Position numbers and translations under genes: made by a program. A DNA stretch of 63,875 nt, filler included, from an uncultured Gemmatimonadota bacterium (GTDB taxonomy: Bacteria > Blakebacterota > Blakebacteria > Blakebacterales > Blakebacteraceae), in assembly GCA_964576115.1 (NCBI GenBank). It is 8 parts of 8 records of this genome, joined end to end, with 100 filler letters (N's around TTAATTAATTAA, not from the genome) between each part and the next. Parts side by side here need not be neighbours in the genome. Positions count along the whole stretch, not along the records: positions 37,381 to 45,681 come from CAZNUA010000092.1; positions 45,782 to 54,058 come from CAZNUA010000093.1; 6 more parts are not named here. The stretch is one strand, 5' to 3'. The notes under the pieces are model-generated. The model did no database searches. It saw only the letters and a program-made list of their open reading frames with translations, and had not been told where the DNA came from. This document shows positions 39,309 to 50,047 of this stretch, one piece after another. How positions within the stretch are numbered: position 1 is the stretch's first letter; every line of letters starts with the position of its first letter.

Positions 39309-41012
39309 ATGACGCGTTTGTTTCTGCTCATCTGTATCGGCCTTGCCGCACTCGGGCCCCTGCCCGCCGCGGCCCAAACCGCCGATCCCCCCCGGCCGGT
39401 GTTGCTGGTACGGCTGGCCCCCTCAGCTCTCACCACCAGGACCGGCGGCGGCCGGATGAGTGCTGCGACCGCGGATCAGCTCGCCGCAGCGCTGCACGTG
39501 GGCAACGCCCGTCCTCTTTTCGCGGTCGACGCCGCTTACCTCGACCGGCTTCGACGCACCCGCAGCCTCCTGACCGGAGCCCTGCCGGCCGAGAGCGAGC
39601 GGATGCGCCGGGCTCGCATGACCAGGTTCGGTCTCGATCGCTGGCTGGTGGTCACCCCCGATTCTTCCGAAACCCCCGGAGCCGCCCTGATCCGCCTGCG
39701 CCGCCATCCCCTGGTCGAGGCCGTCGAGCTCGACGCCCGCGGGTGTGCGGCGGATTGGATCGGACCGCGGTTCGACTTTCCCACAGCCGGGGCTGCAGAG
39801 CGCTATCTGCCCGGCGATCCCCTTTTCGCCGCGCAGTGGTATCTCGATCAACCCAGCGACGCCGACATCGACATGCCCGAAGCCTGGGAATCGGCCCGTT
39901 CGGCCCTCGACGTCCCCGTGGCAGTTCTCGACAGCGGCCTCGACGCCGATCATCCCGATCTGCGCGAAGCCGTCCTGCCCGGCTGGGACTACGTCAACGA
40001 TGACGATGATCCGGCCGACGACGAGGGGCACGGCACCCACGTAACCGGTCTCATCGCCGCCCGGGCCGGGAACGGCCTGGGGGTTGCCGGGGTCGCCGCC
40101 CGGACGATGGTGGTCCCCCTGAAGGTTCTCGACGCCGACCTGTGGGGCTACTACTCCGACTGGGCCGACGCCCTGCGCTACGCCGCCGACCTGGGCGTCA
40201 GAGTCGTCAATCTCTCGGCCGGCGGCATCTCGCCCTCGGCCGTGCTCGACGCGGCCACGGCGTATGCCTCCGAACGCGGCGTCGTCATCTGCACCGCGAT
40301 GATGAACGAGAACAACGACACCCCGTACTATCCGGCCGCCTGCGCGGCCACGATCGCGGTCGGGGCCACCGACGTTCTCGACCGGCGCGCGGCGCCATTC
40401 TTCTGGGGCCAGAACTCCGGTTCGTGTTACGGTCCGCATATCGACCTGGTGGCTCCGGGGGACAGTCTGCTCTCGACCGTTCCCGGCGGCTATGCGCCGG
40501 GCGGGGGAACCTCGCAGGCTACTCCGCTTGTCAGCGCCGTGTCCGCCCTCATACTCCATCTCGATCCGACCCTGACGCCCGCCGAGGTACGCTCCCACCT
40601 GAGGAACTCGGCCGACGACGGCGTGGGCCGGGCCGAGGAGGATTCGAGCGGCTTCGATATCTATCACGGCGCCGGGCGTCTGAACGCCGCCGCTGCCCTG
40701 CTCGCGGTCACGGGGGGTATCGTTCCCGTCGAAGGGTTCGATGCCGGCCCCCCCCGCCCCAATCCGAGCCGGGGTTTCGTCCGTCTGCCCTTCTCGCTCC
40801 CGGCCCCGGCCGCGGTAACACTGAAGATTTACGATGTCCGCGGGCGATTCGTCGCCTGTCCTCTCGACCGCGTCGCTCATCCCGCCGGCACCTTCACCGC
40901 CGTCTGGTACGGGGCCGACCGGGAGGGACGCACCGTCCCGAGCGGAATCTATCTCTGGGAACTCACTGCCGGGAACCGCCGCCGGACCGGCAAACTGATC
41001 AGGTTGCGGTGA
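39309..41012 (+). CDS. S8 subtilisin-like serine protease with C-terminal FlgD-Ig-like domain
   Basis: Signal peptide; VLDSG, GHGTHV and GTSQATP triad; PNPSRG...IYDVRGR...WYG.D..G..VPSGIY tail. Confidence 0.9.
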   Translation: MTRLFLLICIGLAALGPLPAAAQTADPPRPVLLVRLAPSALTTRTGGGRMSAATADQLAAALHVGNARPLFAVDAAYLDRLRRTRSLLTGALPAESERMRRARMTRFGLDRWLVVTPDSSETPGAALIRLRRHPLVEAVELDARGCAADWIGPRFDFPTAGAAERYLPGDPLFAAQWYLDQPSDADIDMPEAWESARSALDVPVAVLDSGLDADHPDLREAVLPGWDYVNDDDDPADDEGHGTHVTGLIAARAGNGLGVAGVAARTMVVPLKVLDADLWGYYSDWADALRYAADLGVRVVNLSAGGISPSAVLDAATAYASERGVVICTAMMNENNDTPYYPAACAATIAVGATDVLDRRAAPFFWGQNSGSCYGPHIDLVAPGDSLLSTVPGGYAPGGGTSQATPLVSAVSALILHLDPTLTPAEVRSHLRNSADDGVGRAEEDSSGFDIYHGAGRLNAAAALLAVTGGIVPVEGFDAGPPRPNPSRGFVRLPFSLPAPAAVTLKIYDVRGRFVACPLDRVAHPAGTFTAVWYGADREGRTVPSGIYLWELTAGNRRRTGKLIRLR

Positions 41013-41017
41013 CAGCG

Positions 41018-42067
41018 ATGACGAACGCCGCCAGGCAAGCAGCACCCAAACGCGACTCGTCAGGCCGGCCGGTACGGGCCGTAGCCCTGATGAGCGGAGG
41101 GCTCGACAGCCTGCTCGCCGCGGCGGTCACCGTCCGTCAGGGCGTCGATGTGATCGGGGTGCACTACGCCATCGGGTTCGCCGCCGATCCCTTCGCTGCC
41201 GAACGGATCGGGCTCGGGGCGGGATTCGAAATCGAGGTCCGGCACCGCGATGTCTCGGCCGCCTATATTCCGGCCGTGCTCCTGAATCCCCGCTACGGGT
41301 ACGGGCAGGGGATGAATCCCTGTCTGGACTGCCATCTCTTCATGCTCCGGCTCACCCGCGACCTGATGCAGGCCGAAGAGGCCCACTTCGTGATCACCGG
41401 CGAGGTGCTGGGCCAGCGACCGATGAGCCAGCACCGGCCGGCGCTCAACCTACTGGCACGGGAATCGGGCCTGGGCGAACTGCTGGTTCGTCCTCTCTCG
41501 GCCCCCTTTCTCGAACTGACCCGGCCCGAGCGCAAGGGGTGGCTCGACCGCTCCCGCCTGCCCCGCATCCGTGGCCGCAGCCGCCGACGGCAGATGGAAC
41601 TGGCCGAGGAATTCGGGATCACCGCCTACGCCCAGCCCGCCGGCGGCTGCCTGCTGCCCGATCCCGGATACTCCCGTCGGCTGGCCGACCTGCTCGAGCA
41701 TACCTCCGAACCGGCCGTACTCACCCCGACCGACATGAAACGGTTGCGCTACGGCCGCTACCTGCGCCTGCAGTCCGGGATCGCGGTCCAGATCGGCCGT
41801 AACGAGGCCGATAACACCGCGCTGGCCGAACTGGCCGCGGGATACTGGCAGATCGAGACGGTCAGTCACGGGGGGCCTTTGACCCTGGTCGAGAGCGGGG
41901 CCGCAGAAGCCGACCTCGAGTTCGCAGCGGCGCTGACCGCCCGCTACAGCCAGGGCCGCGACGCCGAGAGCGTGACGGTGCGCATTACCTCACCCGAAGG
42001 ACAGAGCCGTCAGACCGGGGTCACACCGTCTCCCGCGGGGACCGGCGAGGCATGGATGATCCCGTAG
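41018..42067 (+). CDS. ThiI/MnmA-like PP-loop tRNA thiolation protein (no THUMP domain; NFACT-R-like C-terminus)
   Basis: SGGLDS, NPCLDCH, TGEVLGQRPMSQ, PAGGCLL and GRNEADN. Confidence 0.78.
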   Translation: MTNAARQAAPKRDSSGRPVRAVALMSGGLDSLLAAAVTVRQGVDVIGVHYAIGFAADPFAAERIGLGAGFEIEVRHRDVSAAYIPAVLLNPRYGYGQGMNPCLDCHLFMLRLTRDLMQAEEAHFVITGEVLGQRPMSQHRPALNLLARESGLGELLVRPLSAPFLELTRPERKGWLDRSRLPRIRGRSRRRQMELAEEFGITAYAQPAGGCLLPDPGYSRRLADLLEHTSEPAVLTPTDMKRLRYGRYLRLQSGIAVQIGRNEADNTALAELAAGYWQIETVSHGGPLTLVESGAAEADLEFAAALTARYSQGRDAESVTVRITSPEGQSRQTGVTPSPAGTGEAWMIP

Positions 42068-43580
42068 GAGACCGGCGGTCGAGCCGGGCCCCCTGCCAGA
42101 CCCGTGGTTGGAGCAGAACCACGATAGTCATGACCTCCAACCGCCCGATCCACATGTTCAGGAAAAGGACCAGCTTGCCGAGGAAGGGAAAGCCGGCATA
42201 GCTGTTCATCGGAGCCACCGCTCCGAATCCCGGACCGATGTTGCCCAGGGTGGCGATACTGGCCGTGATGCCGCTGATGATATCGGTCCCCAGACCGACC
42301 AGGATCAATGTGCTGGCGACGAAAATCGCCAGGTAGAACCAGGTGAAGGAGGTGATCGAATGCATGACCTCGGGGGGAACCACCCGCCCTCCCAGCCGGA
42401 TCGGTTTGACCACGTTGGGATGGACCGCCCGCAGCAGCTCGCGCGCGGCCTGCTTGCCGAGCAGCCAGAGCCGGACGATCTTCGGCCCTCCGGCGGCCGA
42501 GCCCGCGCACCCTCCCACGAACATGAGGATGAGCATGATCATGCGGGCGCCGTCGCTCCAGAGATTGAAGTCGTCGGTCGCGAAACCGGTCGTGGTGACG
42601 ATGGTCAGGACCTGGAAAAGTCCGTAACGAAGCAGGGTCAGCGGACCGGCACCCGCCAGGGGCTGAGCCGAGGTTCCGGCCTCCAGATAGGCGGAGGGCA
42701 GATCGCGGGAGAAGAGGGTCAGGGCCCCGAAGAGCAGCAGCCCGAAGCCGATCACGACCGCGCTGTACACCCGGAACTCCTCGTCGCGCAGCAAACGGCT
42801 GATCCGCCCCCGCACCGCCAGATACTGCAGGCTGTAGTTGGCGCCGGCCAGGAACATGAAGCCGATGATGATCCACTCCGCGGCCGGGTTGCCGTACCCG
42901 CCGATACTCTCCGGATGGGGTGAAAAGCCTCCGGCGGCCATAGTCGTGAAACTGTTGCAGACCGCGTCGTAAAGCGGCAGGCCGGCGATCGTGAGCGAAG
43001 CCGCCTCGAACGCGGTCAGACCGGCGTACAGACTCCACAGGGCGATGGCGGTGTTCCGGATGCGGGGGGTGAGCCGCTCCTCCGAGGGCCCCGGCGCTTC
43101 GGCGAAGAAGAGCTGGCGCCCGGCCACGGCCAGGGCGGGAAGCACGGCGATGAACAGAGCCAGCACACCCATTCCCCCGAGCCACTGGGTCATGCCCCGC
43201 CAGAAGAAGAGCCCGCGTGAATACAGGCTGAAGTCGGTCAGGATGGTGGCGCCCGTGGTGGTGAAACCGCTCATCGATTCGAAGAGGGCGTCCATCACTC
43301 CCAGCCCGCTCCAGAGATAGGGAATGGCGCCGAAAGCGGCCACGACCAGCCAGACCAGAGCCACCACCGCCAGCCCCTCGACCCGGATCAGTCTCTCTCC
43401 CGGCGGCGAGAGCCGACTCAACGCCTGCCCGACCGCGGCGGCGCTCAGCCCGGCGAGCAGGAAACCGAGCGATTCCCACCAGCCGCCGTAGAGCCAGTCC
43501 ACGACCAGGGGCAGGATCACGATCAGCGCAAAGTAGCGCAGGATGACGCCGACCGTATGAGCCACGACACGCAGACGCAT
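42021..43580 (-). CDS. trkH: Trk potassium uptake membrane protein
   Basis: FESMSGFTTTGAT, QWLGGMG, TTTGF, GGCAGSAAGG.K, GNIGPG and GRLE. Confidence 0.95.
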   Translation of the reverse strand: MRLRVVAHTVGVILRYFALIVILPLVVDWLYGGWWESLGFLLAGLSAAAVGQALSRLSPPGERLIRVEGLAVVALVWLVVAAFGAIPYLWSGLGVMDALFESMSGFTTTGATILTDFSLYSRGLFFWRGMTQWLGGMGVLALFIAVLPALAVAGRQLFFAEAPGPSEERLTPRIRNTAIALWSLYAGLTAFEAASLTIAGLPLYDAVCNSFTTMAAGGFSPHPESIGGYGNPAAEWIIIGFMFLAGANYSLQYLAVRGRISRLLRDEEFRVYSAVVIGFGLLLFGALTLFSRDLPSAYLEAGTSAQPLAGAGPLTLLRYGLFQVLTIVTTTGFATDDFNLWSDGARMIMLILMFVGGCAGSAAGGPKIVRLWLLGKQAARELLRAVHPNVVKPIRLGGRVVPPEVMHSITSFTWFYLAIFVASTLILVGLGTDIISGITASIATLGNIGPGFGAVAPMNSYAGFPFLGKLVLFLNMWIGRLEVMTIVVLLQPRVWQGARLDRRSPTGSSMPRRSPRETV

Positions 43581-43590
43581 TCAGGTTCCT

Positions 43591-44925
43591 CTAGAAAAAA
43601 CTCTCGACGGTCGGGGCCGCTTCCTGGGTGGCGAAAACGATCAGGCGATCGCCCGGCTCGATCCGGTCGCGGCCGTGCGGGACGAAGGTCTCCCCCCGCC
43701 GGATGATGGCCGCGATGATGGCTCCCTCGGTGTCGGGCAGATCGCGCAGGCGGGTCGGCTCGAAAGCGGCCGGCACGTCGAGTTCGAGCACGCTCCCCTT
43801 ACCCTGCTCGGTCACCGCCAGCAGGCGGGCCCGGGTATCCTGCAGCATGCCCAGAACGGTGTGCACGGCGGTGCGCCGGGGGTTGAGGGCAACGTCGATC
43901 CCGAGTCCCTCGAAGAGATTCATGCTCATGGCCGAACTGACCCGGGTGATCGTCTTCGGGATCTCCATCTCGCGGGCCAGCAGAGCGCAGAGGAGGTTTT
44001 TCTCGTCATCGCTGGTGACCGCCACCAGCACGTCGGAAAGGTAGATCTGCTCGACATCGAGCAGTTCGAGATCGGTCCCGTCTCCGTACAGGACCAGGGT
44101 CGTGGAGAGGTCGGCGGCGAGTTCCTCGCAGCGCTCGGGATCGCGTTCAATGATCTTGACCCGTACATCCCCGGCTTCCTCAAGCAGTTCGGCCAGGATC
44201 CCCCCAACGTTACCGCCTCCGACAATGGTCACGTTGCGGACCTTCTCTTCGCCCCGGCGCTTGAAGAAGGAGCGTTCCAGGCTGCGCAGGGCGCCCGGGG
44301 TTCCCATGAAGGTGACCTTATCCCCGGCCTCGAAAACCGTCTGCCCGCGCGGGATCCTGACTTCCTCGTTTCGGGCCACGGCCACGGCCAGCACGCCCGG
44401 GTGCAGGCCGAGCGAGACCAGGGCCCGGCCGGTCAGACGGGAACGCTCGGGAATCCGGTACTCCTGCAGTACGATCCGGCCCCCGGCGAGGATCTCGACA
44501 TAGATCGCGCCGGGAACCAGGACGGTCCGGGCGATCTCCTCGGCCAGCATGTACTGGGGCCAGATGATCCGGTCGATGAAGCGCCACGGCCGTCGCCCCG
44601 AACGGGAGCTGAACGTCCGGTAATGCTCCTCTTTGGAAACGAAGCAGATGGTTCGGGCTCCGCAGGCCTCCTTGGCCGTCAGGCAGGCGATGATGTTCTT
44701 CTCGTCGATATCGCTGCAGGCGATGAAATCATCCTCGCGGCAGGCACCGGCCGCCTCGAGCACCTCCACATCGGCGGGACTCCCGGTGATGACCTGGACG
44801 TCGAGCCGGTCGAAGCGGGTGGTGTCCTCGCCCTCCTCGAGAATCACTATCGTATCCCGGGTCTCGGCCAGTTCGCGGGCGAAATGGTAGGCGATCTCAC
44901 CTGAACCGGCGATGATGGCGCGCAT
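43591..44925 (-). CDS. trkA: Trk potassium uptake regulatory subunit
   Basis: Two RCK units (IIAGSGEI and IVGGGNVG), GDGTD, DEKN; adjacent to trkH. Confidence 0.92.
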   Translation of the reverse strand: MRAIIAGSGEIAYHFARELAETRDTIVILEEGEDTTRFDRLDVQVITGSPADVEVLEAAGACREDDFIACSDIDEKNIIACLTAKEACGARTICFVSKEEHYRTFSSRSGRRPWRFIDRIIWPQYMLAEEIARTVLVPGAIYVEILAGGRIVLQEYRIPERSRLTGRALVSLGLHPGVLAVAVARNEEVRIPRGQTVFEAGDKVTFMGTPGALRSLERSFFKRRGEEKVRNVTIVGGGNVGGILAELLEEAGDVRVKIIERDPERCEELAADLSTTLVLYGDGTDLELLDVEQIYLSDVLVAVTSDDEKNLLCALLAREMEIPKTITRVSSAMSMNLFEGLGIDVALNPRRTAVHTVLGMLQDTRARLLAVTEQGKGSVLELDVPAAFEPTRLRDLPDTEGAIIAAIIRRGETFVPHGRDRIEPGDRLIVFATQEAAPTVESFF

Positions 44926-44928
44926 GCC

Positions 44929-45681
44929 TCAGTACCCCCGGGCCAGGCCGGCACCCCGTGGATCGGCCGCGCCGGTGAAGCGGAACGGCCGGCCGCGCCG
45001 GGAATACTCGATCGTCAGGGCGTGAGCCAGGCCGAGCCCGCCGGTCCGTTCGATGCGGTGCCCGCGCGCAGCCAGGGCCCGGACGACGTCCTCGGGGATA
45101 TCGGGCTCCAGAGCAATGATATCCGGTTCGATGAAGCTGATCCGGGGAGCGGCGATGGCCTCGAGGATATCCATGTCGAAATCGAGCAGGTTCATGATCA
45201 TCTGGGGCACTGTCTGGCCGATGGTGTGCCCTCCCGGCGTGCCGAGGGCGACCCACGGCCGGCCCTGGCGCATGATGAGCACGGGCACGTCGCCCGAGAG
45301 CTTGTGCCGGCCGGGGAAAGCATCCATCGGGTTACCGGGCGGTTCGAAGGTACAGTAGGCCAGGGAGTTGTTGAGCCAGATGCCCGTTCCCTCGGGCATG
45401 ATCCGGCTGCCGAAGGCGTTGCCGAGGGTCTGGGTGGCCGAGACCACGTTGCCCCACCGGTCGGCCACGACGAAATGAGTGGTGTGACGGTCTTGAACTG
45501 GAGGTACGCCGGGGTATTCGAAGGACCGGGCCCGCTCCGGATCGATAGCCGCCGTCTGCTCGGTCCAGTACGCCTCGGAGAGGAGCATCTCGAGAGGCAC
45601 CGGGGCCACCAGAGGATCCGAAGCGTAGCGCAGGCGGGTCCAGAAGGCGTGCTTGGTCACTTCGGCGAAGCGGTGCAGGAA
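44929..45681 (-). CDS. ggt: Gamma-glutamyltransferase family, C-terminal part (5' truncated)
   Basis: HTTHFVVADRWGNVVS (Thr nucleophile), GIWLNN, GTPGG, APR and GAADPR. Confidence 0.85.
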   Translation of the reverse strand, partial: FLHRFAEVTKHAFWTRLRYASDPLVAPVPLEMLLSEAYWTEQTAAIDPERARSFEYPGVPPVQDRHTTHFVVADRWGNVVSATQTLGNAFGSRIMPEGTGIWLNNSLAYCTFEPPGNPMDAFPGRHKLSGDVPVLIMRQGRPWVALGTPGGHTIGQTVPQMIMNLLDFDMDILEAIAAPRISFIEPDIIALEPDIPEDVVRALAARGHRIERTGGLGLAHALTIEYSRRGRPFRFTGAADPRGAGLARGY

Positions 45682-45781
45682 NNNNNNNNNNNNNNNNNNN
45701 NNNNNNNNNNNNNNNNNNNNNNNNNTTAATTAATTAANNNNNNNNNNNNNNNNNNNNNNNNNNNNNNNNNNNNNNNNNNNN
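45682..45781. other. Artificial contig spacer
   Basis: 44N-TTAATTAATTAA-44N. Confidence 0.98.
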
Positions 45782-47610
45782 TCGAGAAAGATCGAGTGCC
45801 GCCAGAAATAGGCGTCCTGGCCGTCGATCCGCGTGATAACCAGGTCCCAGCGGAACTGGTTGAAACCCCTGCGGCCGGCGAGTTCGTGCGACCAGAGTGC
45901 CTCCCCCTCGGCGTTGAGAACCCGCAGTGTGACAGGTCCCGCTTCGGTGAGCCAGAAGGTGATCGGCACAGGTTCCATGGTACTGTAGCGGGGATCGCGG
46001 TGGGTGTCGTTGATCCAGGGCAGGCGGGCGGTCGGGATCTCGAAGAGGGTGTTCTCCTGCGGCGGTCCGTCGGCGAAGGCCGTCTGGATCGGGCGCAGGC
46101 CGGTGCGCCAGATGCCCCGGCCGTGGGTGGCGGCCACCAGGTCCATCTCCCGTTCCTGGATGACCAGATCGGAGACGGCTGCGGCCGGCAGGTCGGGCCC
46201 CAGCAGCGACCAGCTCTCGCCCCGGTCCACCGAGATGTACACCCCCCGGTACAGTCCGGCATAGAGGATGTTCTCGCTGACCGGATCCTCGGTGATGACG
46301 TACGCGACCTCGTCGGGAAGATCGTCTGCGATCGAACGCCAGTTCGCGCCCCGGTCCTCGGAAACGAAGAGATAGGCCGCGAGGTCGTCGTCGTTGATCC
46401 CGGCCACGGCGGCATAGACCCGGGAGGCGCTGAAACGGGAGGGGCAGATGCTCCGCACATACCGGTTCGGCAATCCCCGGGAGTGCTCGGTCCAGCTCTG
46501 TCCGTCATCGGAGCTGACCCAGAAGGCCCCCCGGTCGGTTCCGACGTACAGCAACCCCGGCACCAGCGGCGATTCGGCCACCGCCCCGGCGGCGGTACCC
46601 CGGCGCGCGGGCTCGGCCGATCGGGAGAGATCGGGGCTGATCATTATCCAGGAATCGCCCCGGTCGGTGCTCTTGTGCAGGTAGTTCCCCCCGTGATAGA
46701 GAGTGTGAGCATCGTGGGGGGAGATGATCCAGGGGGCCACGAAGGCGAACTGCAGGCGCCGCTCGTCTCCGCGCGGCAGACGGGGACCGATCGAGCGGGA
46801 GCGGTCGGCGGCCATGTCCTTACGCCTGATCCCGTTGTGCTGGCTCGAGAAGTAGATCGTGTTCGGATCCTGCGGGTCGGGGACGGTGACACACCCATCC
46901 CCTCCCGACCAGGCATCGAGCCAGACGTAACGCCAGCCGTCGGGATACTTCGGCCGCCACTCGGTGGATGGGCCGAAGACCGAAGAATCATCCTGGGTGC
47001 CGCCGTAGACCAGGTAGGGATCCTGGTTGTCCACGCTGATGTCGTAGAACTCCCCGGCCGGGATGGTGTTGTGGTGCAGCCACGAGTCGGCGCGATCATG
47101 ACTGGAATAGAAACCCCCGTCGTTGCCGAGCAGGAGGCGGTCGGGATCGAGCGGGTCTATCCAGAGTTCGCACTGGTCGAGATGGAGGGGATCGGAAGGG
47201 TTGGGCCAGAGGTGATAGACATCCCCGCCCACGAGCCGGAAGGTCCGCCCCCCNNNNNNNNNNNNNNNNNNNNNNNNNNNNNNNNNNNNNNNNNNNNNNN
47301 NNNNNNNNNNNNNNNNNNNNNNNNNNNNNNNNNNNNNNNNNNNNNNNNNNNNNGCCACGTACATCGTGGCCGGATCGCCCGGGATCCCCTGCACCGCCTC
47401 GACCCGGGCCGAGTTCATGACCGGACCGAGCGGAACCCACTGCAGCCCGAACTCCGAAGTCTCCTTTTTCTGCAGGTAGGCTTCAAAGGACGCCAGCAGG
47501 GGGCTCGCGGGCTGCTGAGCTCCGGCCGGGTGAGCGACAAGGGTGGTGAAGAGTGTCGTGAAGACGATGGTGACGAGCAGACCGGAGGACGGGATTCGCG
47601 TTCTGTTCAC
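45782..47610 (-). CDS. BNR/VPS10-like beta-propeller glycosyl hydrolase-related protein; internal gap 47254-47353, 3' truncated
   Basis: Signal peptide, SxDxGxxW Asp-box repeats, GNDGG, GGTQD, ISPDL and ATHGRG. Confidence 0.85.
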
Positions 47611-47671
47611 ATTTTTCTCCTGCCTGAGGATGTGTCCGGCAGCGGGGTCGCAGGTGCCGGCATCGGCCGCA

Positions 47672-48898
47672 TCAGGTTGCTACCCGGGGAATCTCGCCGG
47701 CTTTCATCAGTGCTCGCCGGGCGGCGAGGGGCCCGATGAGTTCGTGGATCACGATGCCTCCGATCGTGATGTTGATGAGCGGAGTCGCGAGATCGGCAAA
47801 GAGCGGATCGGCCCCGATCGAGAGGGCCAGTCCCATGACGATGCCGCCCTGCGGGATCAGACCGAGGGCGGTGAAACGCCGCACTTTGGGGGAGGCGCCG
47901 GTGATAGCCGCACCGGCCCGGGTGCCGAGTACCTTCCCGGCAATCCGCAGGACGACGAACAGCAGGATGAGGCCGGAGACGCCGGCAAAGGAGCTGAAAT
48001 CGAGGTACATGCCGCCCAGGGTGAAAAAGAGCACGAAGACGAGTTCCTCGGTATACCGCTCCAGGATCGAGAAGACCTTTTCGTGGAAGCTACTGGTGTT
48101 GGCTACCGTGCACCCCATGGCCAGGGTGGACAGCAGGGGATCGCACCCCGCCAGGCGGGCTCCCCCGTAACACAGGGACAACATGGCGAAGACCAGCACG
48201 ATGAGCATGCCCTCGGTGTCCCGGCGGGTGAAGAGGAGCAGGGGATGGAGCAGAAGGCCGAAGAGGATCCCGATCACGATCCCCCCGGCGATAGTCAGGA
48301 CCGGGAGGACCAGCGTGTGATGGAAGTGGAATGTGCTGTGGGAGAGAAGGAGTCCGGCCAGAGAGGTGGCCAGGCTGTAGGTGATGATGCCGAGCGTGTC
48401 ATCGAGGGCGGCGGTGCTCATGATGGTCGTCGTCACCTCTCCCTCGGCCCGGTACTGATGGGCGATGGCGAGAATGGCCGAAGGATCGGTCGGGGCGGCG
48501 ATGGCTCCCAGGAGCAGTCCCAGGGGCAACAGGGCGGCACCGGACAATCCGGCTGGAGTACCGGGGAGGAGGGCCAGGAGAGCGAATCCGGTCAGAACCA
48601 GCAGGACGGCCGCTTCCGCTTCGCAGACGGTGATCGTCACGATCGTTTTCCCCAGCACCCTCAAGCGGGAGATCAGCAGGGTGCCGCCGACCGAGAAAGC
48701 GATGAAGGAGAGGGCGATGTCGGTCACAAGACCGGTGTGTTGCATGAACGAGGTCGGGATCAGGGGCAGCAGCCCCGGATTCAGGCAGATCCCCGCGATG
48801 ATGTAGCCGGAGATCCTCGGGAGCCGGACCCGAGCGGCGAGTTCGCCGGCAATCAGACCGGCCAGCAAGATCAGACCGACGATGAGGATCGAATCCAT
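47672..48898 (-). CDS. Cation:proton antiporter (Na+/H+ exchanger family)
   Basis: About 12 TM segments; LPRISGY, APTDP, ALDD and PQGGI motifs. Confidence 0.9.
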   Translation of the reverse strand: MDSILIVGLILLAGLIAGELAARVRLPRISGYIIAGICLNPGLLPLIPTSFMQHTGLVTDIALSFIAFSVGGTLLISRLRVLGKTIVTITVCEAEAAVLLVLTGFALLALLPGTPAGLSGAALLPLGLLLGAIAAPTDPSAILAIAHQYRAEGEVTTTIMSTAALDDTLGIITYSLATSLAGLLLSHSTFHFHHTLVLPVLTIAGGIVIGILFGLLLHPLLLFTRRDTEGMLIVLVFAMLSLCYGGARLAGCDPLLSTLAMGCTVANTSSFHEKVFSILERYTEELVFVLFFTLGGMYLDFSSFAGVSGLILLFVVLRIAGKVLGTRAGAAITGASPKVRRFTALGLIPQGGIVMGLALSIGADPLFADLATPLINITIGGIVIHELIGPLAARRALMKAGEIPRVAT

Positions 48899-48912
48899 GG
48901 CTTCCCCTCACC

Positions 48913-49833
48913 TCAGCGGTTGTTCTTCTGTGTCGGCAGGAGAGCATACAGCACCGGCCGCTTGCGGGCCGAGTGCAGCATCATGACGGCGGTATACAGG
49001 ACCACGACTACGACCAACCAGCGGATCGTTCCCAGGGGAAGCGATTTCACGATGAAAGCGGCCAGCAGGACGGCCGGGATACCGCCCAGAGTGAGTCCCA
49101 CCGCCGGTCGCAGGCTGAATTTCCTCTTCCGCACGAAGCGGGCGCTGCCGACCGGCATCAGGAAGGCGCACGAACCCATCATGATCGGGAAAGCCGCCCG
49201 AGGATCCATGCCCAGCAGGGCGATCATGATCATGGCGGGGCCATAGAGACCGATCCCGATCGTGTTCAGGGCTCCGAGGATGAAGTTCCCGATCAGGGCG
49301 ACGACGAGCAGACCGCCGGTCAGACCGAGGGCCTCGCCGCCGAGGGGAAAGAGATCGAACTGGGTCATGGCCATCAGAACCGCCGCCAGCATGAGCGCGA
49401 TCCCGATCCCGATCTGGATCGGGCGGCGGGGCAGACCGGCCACGATGCCGGCCCCGAGCCAGGCGCCGAGCACCGCGGCCGCGATCATGAGAGTCAGGGT
49501 GAGAGGTTCGACTTCGATGATCGCGATGTAGATGAAGGCCTGGGTCACGACCGGCAGGGTGTGGCCGACATTCATGGTTCCGGGGAGCAGCTCGTCGGGG
49601 ACCATCCGGGTGAGCTTGAAGATCGAGGTGGTGGGGGCGAAACTGCCGATCCCGAGGGTGTCGAAAAAGTTGGTCACAAAACCGGTCGCGACCTGCAGCG
49701 CCGTCGGCCGGGGAGTTCCGCCGGCCGGATCGTCGGGGACGGCGGTTGCCTGCGAGCCGACATGGGTCGTGATCCAGACCGCGAGATAGACGGCCGCCGC
49801 CACGCCCAGCAGGATGAAGAGAATGGTCGTCAC
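48913..49833 (-). CDS. TSUP / sulfite exporter TauE-SafE family permease
   Basis: NFFDTLGIGSFA, PGTMN, GIGLY and AFPIMMGSCAFL; GGAGGA RBS; upstream TGCTATAAC extended -10-like element. Confidence 0.85.
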   Translation of the reverse strand: MTTILFILLGVAAAVYLAVWITTHVGSQATAVPDDPAGGTPRPTALQVATGFVTNFFDTLGIGSFAPTTSIFKLTRMVPDELLPGTMNVGHTLPVVTQAFIYIAIIEVEPLTLTLMIAAAVLGAWLGAGIVAGLPRRPIQIGIGIALMLAAVLMAMTQFDLFPLGGEALGLTGGLLVVALIGNFILGALNTIGIGLYGPAMIMIALLGMDPRAAFPIMMGSCAFLMPVGSARFVRKRKFSLRPAVGLTLGGIPAVLLAAFIVKSLPLGTIRWLVVVVVLYTAVMMLHSARKRPVLYALLPTQKNNR

Positions 49834-50047
49834 GCCGTCCTCCGGTCGGGTCGGTCAGTGCTTCTTGTTATAGCATTCGACCACGATCTTCTCCAGCCTC
49901 ACCAGTTCTCTCTCGCAGGTTTCCGGGTTCGGAGGAACAGAGAACGTTCGAATCTCTCCCTCGTCTGGTGCCCGCAGAGCCCCTCTGCTACCATGCCGAT
50001 AGTGTTGAATGACCTTCGGGCAGCTCACACCTGCGAAGGAGTCACTC

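Noticed and set aside
40142..41017. N-terminal extension of the ThiI-like ORF to 641 aa (likewise the extensions of ORFs starting at 11813, 16469 and 61909)
   Set aside because: These overlap bona fide upstream genes in another frame with Arg/Pro/Gly-rich nonsense. Better starts with RBS or stop-start overlap exist downstream.
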